The notes under the pieces: generated by a model
Told to the model about the DNA's origin: nothing
Database searches by the model: none
Seen by the model: only the letters and a program-made list of their open reading frames with translations
Shown here: positions 1 through 6,070 of the stretch, one piece after another
Numbering within the stretch: position 1 is the first letter of the stretch
Layout: every line of letters begins with the position of its first letter
Program-made: the position numbers and the translations under genes
DNA from: a virus
Lineage: Duplodnaviria; Heunggongvirae; Uroviricota; Caudoviricetes
Virus record (IMG/VR): IMGVR_UViG_2648501390_000002
Coordinates: 1-6,926 of that record
Length of the DNA: 6,926 nucleotides
Reading direction: 5' to 3' (one strand)

Positions 1-129
1 GAGCAAGTAATAGAAATAAAGAAATCAAAGGGAGTTAATCAAAGAGAGCTTGCTAAAAAATACTGTGTCAGTCAGACGGTGATTCACAATATCCAGTCTG
101 GTAAATCGTGGAGGCATGTTAATGGCTGA
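1..129 (+). CDS. 3' end of an upstream gene (5' end outside window); the last 42 aa contain a helix-turn-helix-like segment
   Basis: Frame 1 is open from base 1 to TGA at 127-129 and translates [42 protein letters not shown]. The segment [21 protein letters not shown] has the spacing of a classic HTH (Gly turn, hydrophobic recognition helix). Its stop overlaps the start of the next gene (ATG 122), implying translational coupling. Only 42 aa are visible, so the fold assignment is tentative. Confidence 0.45.
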   Translation, partial: EQVIEIKKSKGVNQRELAKKYCVSQTVIHNIQSGKSWRHVNG

Positions 130-1075
130 TTCGAATCTCAATGAGCCAGTAATCATTCAGGCTACGCGGCTCGATACATCAATCCTTCCACGCAATATCT
201 TCTCGCAGTCGTATCTGCTTTACGTTATCGCACAGGGTACTGATGTTGGTAACGTGGCTAACAAAGCCAACGAGGCCGGACAGGGCGCTTATGATGCACA
301 GGTCAGGAACGATGAGCAGGATGTCACCCTTGCAGACCATGAATCCAGAATTGAAGCAGCTGAAGCAACTCTCATCAATCATGAGCATAGAATTGCAGCA
401 GCGGAAAGCACTCTTGCAGATCATGAAACAAGGATTACGGCTGCTGAAACAGAGCTGGCTGATCACGAGACGAGAATTGCTGCCAATGAATCTGAGTTAG
501 CAAACCATGATGCGCGCATAACTCAGAATACAACCGATATCGACGCACTTGATACCAGGCTCACAGCGGCAGAGGGAAGTATTTCGACGCTACAAAGCAC
601 AGTTGGTGATCACTCAACAAGAATATCTGCGCTTGAGTATGCCACCACGCGCAAGAAATCAGAGGTTGTTTACTCAGGGGTATCTGTAACCATCCCGACA
701 GCGCCGACTAACCTTGTTAGCCTGCTGAAAACGCTCACGCCGTCATCCGGAACGTTGGCACCATTCTTCGACACCGTTAACAACAAGATGGTTGTGTTCA
801 ACGAGAACAAAACCCTGTTCTTCAAGCTGTCGATTGTCGGGACGTGGCCCAGTGGAACCGCCAACAGGTCAATGCAGCTAACCTTTTCCGGCTCTGTTCC
901 TGACACACTGGTAAGCAGTCGCAACTCGGCGACAACGACCGATAACATCCTGTTAGCTACGTTCTTCAGCGTGGATAAAGACGGCTTTCTTGCCACAAAT
1001 GGCAGCACGTTAACCATTCAGTCGAATGGTGCGTCGTTTACTGCCACAACCATCAAGATAATCGCGGAGCAGTAA
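122..1075 (+). CDS. Tail needle / cell-envelope-penetrating fiber (P22 gp26-like) with an extra C-terminal knob-like domain
   Basis: ORF-track ORF 116-1075. I prefer ATG 122 because GGAGG at 110-114 sits 7 nt upstream of it but only 1 nt upstream of ATG 116. The N-terminus [43 protein letters not shown] closely matches my recollection of the P22 gp26 N-terminus (from memory, not searched). The centre is five 14-aa coiled-coil repeats (ADHExRIxAAExxL). The protein is 317 aa versus about 233 aa for P22 gp26, and the extra about 150 C-terminal residues are beta-rich (S/T/N/G), as in knob-bearing needles of Sf6-type phages. Confidence 0.85.
   Translation: MADSNLNEPVIIQATRLDTSILPRNIFSQSYLLYVIAQGTDVGNVANKANEAGQGAYDAQVRNDEQDVTLADHESRIEAAEATLINHEHRIAAAESTLADHETRITAAETELADHETRIAANESELANHDARITQNTTDIDALDTRLTAAEGSISTLQSTVGDHSTRISALEYATTRKKSEVVYSGVSVTIPTAPTNLVSLLKTLTPSSGTLAPFFDTVNNKMVVFNENKTLFFKLSIVGTWPSGTANRSMQLTFSGSVPDTLVSSRNSATTTDNILLATFFSVDKDGFLATNGSTLTIQSNGASFTATTIKIIAEQ
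332..541 (+). repeat. Five imperfect 42-bp tandem repeats inside the needle gene, encoding 14-residue coiled-coil units
   Basis: Units at 332-373, 374-415, 416-457, 458-499 and a degenerate one at 500-541 encode [14 protein letters not shown] / [14 protein letters not shown] / [14 protein letters not shown] / [14 protein letters not shown] / [14 protein letters not shown]. Read directly from the sequence. Confidence 0.8.
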
Positions 1076-1530
1076 TGATTCAGTTCAAACCAACGCGAAA
1101 CATCGACCTGATAGAAGCCGTGGGAAATCACCCCGACATTATCACCGGGAGCAACAACGGTGATGGATACGACTACAAGCCTGAATGCCGTTACTTCGAG
1201 GTGAACGTGCACGGTCAGTTTGGCGGCATTGTTTACTATCAGGAGATTCAGCCGCTGACATTCGATTGCCACGCCATGTACCTGCCAGAGGTTCGTGGAT
1301 TCAGCAAGGAAATCGGGCTGGCGTTCTGGCGATACATTCTGACTAACACCACTGTTCAGTGTGTCACATCGTTCGCTGCACGCAAATTCCGCCACGGGCA
1401 GATGTACTGCGCAATGATTGGCCTTAAGCGTGTCGGAACCATCAAGAAATACTTTAAAGGCGTGGATGACGTGACTTTTTACAGCGCCACACGCGAAGAA
1501 CTAATCGACTTCCTGAATCACGGGAGATAG
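1075..1530 (+). CDS. Gene 14-like protein (position and size match P22 gene 14, associated with ejection-protein function/assembly)
   Basis: 151-aa ORF. Its ATG at 1075-1077 shares a base with the TAA stop of the needle gene (TAATG), and GGAG lies 5 nt upstream. The assignment rests on synteny (needle-14-7-20-16 order) and size; I do not recognise the sequence itself. Confidence 0.6.
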   Translation: MIQFKPTRNIDLIEAVGNHPDIITGSNNGDGYDYKPECRYFEVNVHGQFGGIVYYQEIQPLTFDCHAMYLPEVRGFSKEIGLAFWRYILTNTTVQCVTSFAARKFRHGQMYCAMIGLKRVGTIKKYFKGVDDVTFYSATREELIDFLNHGR

Positions 1531-1532
1531 CC

Positions 1533-2228
1533 ATGTTATATGCATTTAAGCTGGGCAGAAAACTGCGCGGCGAGGAACCTTATTGCCCTGAAAAAGGCGG
1601 GAAAGGTGGCTCCGATAAAAGTGCAAAGTATGCCGCAGAAGCTCAGAAGTATGCCGCAGACCTGCAAAATCAGCAGTTCAACACCATCATGAATAACCTG
1701 AAGCCGTTTACTCCTCTGGCTGAGAAGTATGTCGGTAGCCTCGAGAACTTATCGTCTCTGGAGGGGCAAGGTCAGGCACTTAACCAGTATTACAACTCTC
1801 AGCAGTATAAAGACCTTGCAGGTCAGGCTCGCTATCAGAGTCTGGCGGCAGCGGAAGCAACAGGTGGATTGGGTTCCACCTCAACCAGTAATCAGTTAGC
1901 AACAATCGCACCAACGCTTGGTCAGCAATGGCTATCTGGACAAATGAACAACTACCAGAATCTGGCAAATATTGGTCTTGGCGCGCTTCAGGGACAGGCA
2001 AACGCCGGGCAGACATATGCCAACAACATGAGCCAGATTTCACAGCAAAGCGCAGCACTGGCGGCGGCAAACGCTAACAGACCTTCCGGCCTTCAATCTG
2101 CAATAGGCGGGGCTGCCTCTGGAGCAATTGCTGGAGCACAGCTTGGCAGCATTGTTCCCGGTATTGGTACTGGTATTGGTGCCGCTGTTGGCGGCGGTCT
2201 TGGTCTTCTTGGTTCACTACTTTATTAA
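1533..2228 (+). CDS. Ejection (E) protein, P22 gp7-like
   Basis: 231 aa (P22 gp7 is about 229 aa, from memory). It starts 2 nt after the gene 14 stop. It has a basic N-terminal segment (MLYAFKLGRKLRGEEP...), a Gln/Ala/Asn-rich middle, and a Gly/Ala/Ile-rich hydrophobic C-terminus (GGAASGAIAGAQLGSIVPGIGTGIGAAVGGGLGLLGSLLY) suited to membrane insertion. Confidence 0.7.
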   Translation: MLYAFKLGRKLRGEEPYCPEKGGKGGSDKSAKYAAEAQKYAADLQNQQFNTIMNNLKPFTPLAEKYVGSLENLSSLEGQGQALNQYYNSQQYKDLAGQARYQSLAAAEATGGLGSTSTSNQLATIAPTLGQQWLSGQMNNYQNLANIGLGALQGQANAGQTYANNMSQISQQSAALAAANANRPSGLQSAIGGAASGAIAGAQLGSIVPGIGTGIGAAVGGGLGLLGSLLY

Positions 2229-2238
2229 GGGGTAATCA

Positions 2239-3582
2239 ATGGCTACGTGGCAACAGGGTATTAATTCTGGTGGTTTTCTGGCTGGCATCGGTGCGCAAAA
2301 TGAGAATGCGCCAAAGGCAAGCGACATTAACGCAACGCTTGGTCTGATCCGCGAAAACAATGAACTGGCTCGCTCAGGTGCAAATAACGTTGGTCTGACC
2401 GCGTTACGTGGTCTGGCTGGAGTTGCTGATATTTATAAGCAGCAGCAACAGCAGGAACGTAAAGCGGCATTCCAGAAAGGTTATGCAGATGCTTATGCGT
2501 CCGGCGACAGGGAGCAGATGCGTAATCTTATTACAGCATTCCCTGAAGAGTTTGAGGAAGTCCGTAAAGGCATGGGGTATGTCGATGATGCCCAGCGGGA
2601 TGATTTTGGCAATCTGGCGCTCAAGGCTCAGGTAGCTTCGTCGCTTGGTCCGGGCGCATTTGGCAGGTTCATGATGGATAACGAAAAGGAGATGCGTCGT
2701 TTAGGTATCCCTCCAGAAACTATTGCGGAAATGCAGGTTAATGACCCGCAGGGCTTCCAGCACTTCACAGGTAATCTGGCACTATTTTCTCTCGGTCATG
2801 AGAAGTATTTCGATATCAAAGATCGAATGGAGGGGCGTCGACTTGAGCAAGGGCGATTGGATGAAAGCATCCGTCAGGCTGACATGGAGAATGCGAGAGG
2901 ATGGGCAAATATCCAAAATGCTCAACTAGACAGGGCTCAGCGGGCACAAATGCACTCAGATGAGATGGGATTGAAGCTAATGGAGCTGGGGCAAAAAGGT
3001 AAGCCGTCAGCAGACTTAATTAAGGGATTAAATTCTGACATTACCAATTTTGGCAAAAATTATAACTCTGTCAGAGCGGCGGCAAACTCTCTGCAAGCCC
3101 TTAGCAAGGTAAATACTGGCGCTGCCCAACTTGGGATTATCTTTAATTACATGAAGTCTCTCGACCCTCAGTCAGTTGTTCGCGAAGGTGAACAGGTTCA
3201 GGTCATGCGCTCTGATGGCATATGGGGGCAGATAAAAGGATATGTAGACCAGCTTAATGCAGGGAATGGCTTGTCACAGGAAGCGAGGGATAACATTGTC
3301 AACGCAGCAAAAATTAACGCCAACGCTATGGGGCAGCAGTTTAACCAGCAGGTAGACGAATATCTGGATACGTATGGAGATACTATTCCTCAGGGGCTGA
3401 AAAAAAGTTTAGGGAGAAGGAAGGCCAAGCTATTTGACGATGTCCCAGCGCAGCCTACACCACAAGGTGGTAATGGGCAGACAAAAGCTGCGCCAAGTGG
3501 GATATCAGAAGGCGCGACGGCAACGAACCCTAAAACTGGTCAGAAACTCATTTATAGGAACGGACAATGGCAACCGATGTAG
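2239..3582 (+). CDS. Ejection (E) protein, P22 gp20-like
   Basis: 447 aa (P22 gp20 is about 471 aa, from memory). AAGGGG lies upstream of ATG 2239. It is third in the conserved 7-20-16 order, Gln-rich and predicted largely helical, and overlaps the next gene by 16 nt. Confidence 0.7.
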   Translation: MATWQQGINSGGFLAGIGAQNENAPKASDINATLGLIRENNELARSGANNVGLTALRGLAGVADIYKQQQQQERKAAFQKGYADAYASGDREQMRNLITAFPEEFEEVRKGMGYVDDAQRDDFGNLALKAQVASSLGPGAFGRFMMDNEKEMRRLGIPPETIAEMQVNDPQGFQHFTGNLALFSLGHEKYFDIKDRMEGRRLEQGRLDESIRQADMENARGWANIQNAQLDRAQRAQMHSDEMGLKLMELGQKGKPSADLIKGLNSDITNFGKNYNSVRAAANSLQALSKVNTGAAQLGIIFNYMKSLDPQSVVREGEQVQVMRSDGIWGQIKGYVDQLNAGNGLSQEARDNIVNAAKINANAMGQQFNQQVDEYLDTYGDTIPQGLKKSLGRRKAKLFDDVPAQPTPQGGNGQTKAAPSGISEGATATNPKTGQKLIYRNGQWQPM

Positions 3583-5690
3583 GTTTACCCGAAGGCTTTG
3601 TTCTCGATAATCAGCCTGATAACTCACAGCTTCCTGATGGCTTTGTGCTTGATTCCCAACCAGAACAGCAGCAATCTCCTTTGGTTTCACCAGAGGAAAA
3701 TTCCAGACAGGAAAATGTTGTTAATAATGCTAACGGTTTCGACCGTTTTATGTATGGCGTTCTCAGTGGATTGATGGATGTTGGTAAAGGTGTTGGCCTG
3801 TTTCAGGACATGACACCAGAAGAGCAAGCCGCAATTCAGTCTCTACAGCAGAAGTTAGCGGCAAAACCATCAACCGCACAAGATGTTGGTGAGTTCGTTG
3901 GACAAGCAGCACCATTTGTTAGTGGTGGTGGGATTATTTCTCAGGTTCCGAAAGGGGCGGCAAGGCTGGCTGCCGCCGCAGGGCTTGGTGCTGGAGAAGG
4001 GGCTATTGTAGCCAATGGAACAAATAGCGATGTTGCTTCCGGCGCTGCTATTGGCGCTGTGGCTGGCCCTGTAGCCGAGATTGTTGGTCCAGCGCTTGGG
4101 AAGATTGCAGGAAAAATTAAAAATAGTGCCGGAGATATTTATCGCTCATCCGTAGGGATGGGTAGTAAATCATCTAAAGCAACGTTAAAGAAAGCTGCTG
4201 GCGCAATGGATAATAAATTTATTGGTGGGCAACGAGCTATTCAAGATTTCGCCGATGAAGTTAATCCTGATTTTAACGCGATAAATGCTATTCGTGAGCT
4301 AGAACTGGAAAATTATGCCACTCCAGGCATGATCTCTAATAATCCTGCTGTCAGGGCTCTTGATAATGCAGTGGCAAGTCTCCCTGGAACAGAGATTAGT
4401 GAGGCGCATAAGCGTTTTATTACTGAATTAGGAAGAAAAGCTGATGAAATGATAACTTCATTTGGGGGAAACCTTGATAAGCAACTGGTTTCTGACAGGC
4501 TTGCAGATAATTTTGATAAAACCATTTCATCATTACAAAATCAGTCAGATAACATCTACAACAAAATTGCCGAAAAGGTACCTGTAAGAGACCGGATTGA
4601 GGCAACTAATACATTGAATTTTTTAGAGGATTTTGCTGATGACATAGGTGGAATTGATGAATTATCTCCAATAATGAAGCGGACATTGAACCGACTTGAT
4701 CCAAACACCTTGCCAACGTATGGGCGTTTAGATCTCGCTAGAAAGCAGGTTGGACAAGCTATTGGCAAAGGCTCTGGCCCATTCAAGGATGAAGAAACAG
4801 GTGTTCTTAAAAAGTTATATGCAGCCATAACAGATGACCAACAGGCTGTCGCAGAAAAATATGGCGCAGGGGAATTATGGACGCTTGGTAAGGAGTTGGT
4901 AAAAAAACGAAAATCCATTGAAGATGATGCTGTAACCGTCTTGGGTAGAAAACTTCAGCAATCAGCAATTCCAAAAGTTGAAAGTGCCGTTGTTAATATG
5001 GCAAAAGGAAACGGTGGTGACTTTAGGCAATTAATGAAGTCAATTCCAAAGGATATGCGGCAGGAAGTTGCGCTCACCTCAATGAATAAAGCATTTACCA
5101 GCTATGCCAAATCACCTGGTCAGCAATTAGGAGTTGATGGATTTGTAAAATGGTATAACGGAATGTCACGCAATGGGGCCAATATGAAGGCTCTCCGTGA
5201 TGCTATTGGCACAGATGCATCAAAGCGCCTTGATACGATTTATCAAGCAGCTAAGGCTATGAATAGACTCAATACTGGTAAGCAGTATGCTAGTAGCCTT
5301 GTGGATCAGCAAGTTAATAACTTTCTGAAAGAAAAGGGTAGTCTCGCAAAAATTTATGGAATAGCCTCAAAAGCTGCTGCGGCGGAAGGTATTACAAGCT
5401 TATCTGGTCTTCCTGGTGTAGGTGCAACAGGGGTGATAACGTCAGCATTGATGTCAGGGAAAACAAGCAGGATAAAGGCTGCTGATGCCCTACTGTCTTC
5501 TCCTGAGTTTAAATCAATGCTATTTCGCCTGCAAAACGCACCAGTAGACAGAGCAGAAGTGAGACGCGTAATAGAAAGGAAACTGATGCAATCTGGGGCA
5601 TTTAAGAGATGGGAGAAAACCTTATCAACAGATGAAGCAAAAACCATTGCCCGCACGGGGATTATTACATGGCTCGCTAGTGACAGTTAG
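3567..5690 (+). CDS. Ejection (E) protein, P22 gp16-like, with an N-terminal tandem peptide repeat and a compositionally distinct distal part
   Basis: 707 aa (P22 gp16 is about 609 aa, from memory). AGGAA lies 7 nt upstream of ATG 3567, and the start overlaps the gp20-like stop. It is the last gene of the co-directional block and has a Gly/Ala-rich segment (aa about 110-180). Confidence 0.7.
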   Translation: MATDVGLPEGFVLDNQPDNSQLPDGFVLDSQPEQQQSPLVSPEENSRQENVVNNANGFDRFMYGVLSGLMDVGKGVGLFQDMTPEEQAAIQSLQQKLAAKPSTAQDVGEFVGQAAPFVSGGGIISQVPKGAARLAAAAGLGAGEGAIVANGTNSDVASGAAIGAVAGPVAEIVGPALGKIAGKIKNSAGDIYRSSVGMGSKSSKATLKKAAGAMDNKFIGGQRAIQDFADEVNPDFNAINAIRELELENYATPGMISNNPAVRALDNAVASLPGTEISEAHKRFITELGRKADEMITSFGGNLDKQLVSDRLADNFDKTISSLQNQSDNIYNKIAEKVPVRDRIEATNTLNFLEDFADDIGGIDELSPIMKRTLNRLDPNTLPTYGRLDLARKQVGQAIGKGSGPFKDEETGVLKKLYAAITDDQQAVAEKYGAGELWTLGKELVKKRKSIEDDAVTVLGRKLQQSAIPKVESAVVNMAKGNGGDFRQLMKSIPKDMRQEVALTSMNKAFTSYAKSPGQQLGVDGFVKWYNGMSRNGANMKALRDAIGTDASKRLDTIYQAAKAMNRLNTGKQYASSLVDQQVNNFLKEKGSLAKIYGIASKAAAAEGITSLSGLPGVGATGVITSALMSGKTSRIKAADALLSSPEFKSMLFRLQNAPVDRAEVRRVIERKLMQSGAFKRWEKTLSTDEAKTIARTGIITWLASDS
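3585..3674 (+). repeat. Two 45-bp tandem repeats encoding LPEGFVLDNQPDNSQ / LPDGFVLDSQPEQQQ at the N-terminus of the gp16-like protein
   Basis: Direct read: 3585-3629 and 3630-3674 encode near-identical 15-aa units with the core LP[ED]GFVLD[NS]QP. Confidence 0.75.
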
Positions 5691-5914
5691 TCAACTTTGG
5701 TTATTTTGCCTTCTTTTTCTTGATGAACTTTGCATCCATCATCTTTTGATAGCCAAACTAAAAACTTTAAAACCTTAAACACAAGTAAGGCTACTGCAAT
5801 GAAAGCACCAATCGCAATTATTGCTAGCGAAATTATTTGCATTGGTGCTTTTAATGCAGGGAAAATAGTGTAAATGATCGCGAAAACAGTAATTATGAGG
5901 AACCATCGCTTCAC
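5687..5914 (-). CDS. Small inner-membrane protein (75 aa, two predicted TM helices, charged C-terminal tail); candidate superinfection-exclusion or membrane-acting accessory protein
   Basis: The ORF track gives 5687-5989 (100 aa from ATG 5989), but that ATG has no Shine-Dalgarno sequence. An in-frame GTG at 5914-5912 is preceded by a perfect AAGGAGG (complement of 5920-5926) with a 5-nt spacer. The product is VKRWFLIITVFAIIYTIFPALKAPMQIISLAIIAIGAFIAVALLVFKVLKFLVWLSKDDGCKVHQEKEGKITKVD: two hydrophobic stretches of about 18-23 aa, then a Lys/Asp/Glu-rich tail. Its stop (complement of 5687-5689) overlaps the gene 16 stop (5688-5690). Confidence 0.55.
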   Translation of the reverse strand: MKRWFLIITVFAIIYTIFPALKAPMQIISLAIIAIGAFIAVALLVFKVLKFLVWLSKDDGCKVHQEKEGKITKVD

Positions 5915-5978
5915 ACCAACCTCCTTAGTTTTGTGCAGGATACCAGATGATAATGTGTAGTTGGAGTAGCGCGGTTGT

Positions 5979-6070
5979 AATGCAAGCATTTTGTTTTGGT
6001 TTTATGCTTGCTTGTATGTGTGTACAGTGCATATAATGCAAGCATACATCACAATAAAGGTGCTTGCATT
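5979..6070. promoter_or_regulatory. Divergent control region with four copies of a near-palindromic operator-like motif (consensus AATGCWWGCATT)
   Basis: O1 at 5979-5990 is AATGCAAGCATT (perfect 5-bp inverted arms around AA). O2 at 6003-6014 is TATGCTTGCTTG (core ATGCTTGC). O3 at 6035-6046 is AATGCAAGCATA. O4 at 6059-6070 is GGTGCTTGCATT and abuts ATG 6071. Centre-to-centre spacings are about 23, 33 and 24 bp, with alternating AA/TT centres. Confidence 0.5.
6008..6037 (+). promoter_or_regulatory. Putative sigma70-type promoter for the rightward gene (-35 TTGCTT, 18-bp spacer, -10 TATAAT)
   Basis: TTGCTT at 6008-6013 and a consensus TATAAT at 6032-6037. O2 overlaps the -35 and O3 overlaps the -10/+1 region. 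AAAGG at 6055-6059 is a plausible RBS for ATG 6071. Not experimentally supported. Confidence 0.4.

Noticed and set aside
116-121. ATG 116 as the start of the needle gene (ORF-track start, giving MLMADS...)
   Set aside because: GGAGG at 110-114 is only 1 nt from ATG 116 but 7 nt from ATG 122, and starting at 122 gives MADSNL..., matching the expected needle N-terminus. 116 cannot be fully excluded.
179-1395. ORF-track ORFs 179-466 (-), 243-500 (+), 670-1017 (-) and 1018-1395 (-)
   Set aside because: They lie entirely inside the well-supported needle and gene 14-like genes in other frames or on the opposite strand, have no convincing ribosome-binding sites, and give Cys-rich or low-complexity translations typical of shadow ORFs.
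2050-2225. The Gly/Ala-rich 3' region of the gp7-like gene as a separate low-complexity repeat element or collagen-like gene
   Set aside because: It is in frame and continuous with the upstream coding sequence, and shows no DNA-level tandem periodicity; it is best read as a glycine-zipper-like segment of the same protein.
1780-2929. ORF-track ORFs 1780-2070 (-), 2408-2635 (+) and 2723-2929 (+)
   Set aside because: Shadow ORFs embedded in the gp7-like and gp20-like genes; their translations look like out-of-frame reads with no recognisable features.
3505-5656. ORF-track ORFs 3505-3690 (-), 4313-4525 (-), 4420-4605 (-), 4556-4918 (-) and 5354-5656 (-)
   Set aside because: All are antisense to, and contained within, the gp20-like/gp16-like genes. 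The AT-rich distal part of gene 16 is poor in antisense stop codons, which produces long spurious ORFs.
5799-5873. A 24-codon + strand ORF (MKAPIAIIASEIICIGAFNAGKIV) with an AAGG upstream, considered as a possible small Arc/Mnt-like repressor or type I toxin
   Set aside because: It is exactly antisense to the second TM helix of the membrane-protein gene, so its hydrophobicity is a mirror artefact. There is no independent support; only ribosome profiling or peptidomics could revive it.
5915-5989. The 25-codon N-terminal extension (MLALQPRYSNYTLSSGILHKTKEVG) of the leftward membrane-protein ORF as called by the ORF track
   Set aside because: ATG 5989 has no Shine-Dalgarno sequence and lies inside operator-like motif O1, whereas the in-frame GTG 5914 has a perfect AAGGAGG 5 nt upstream. 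The extension is more likely 5' UTR.
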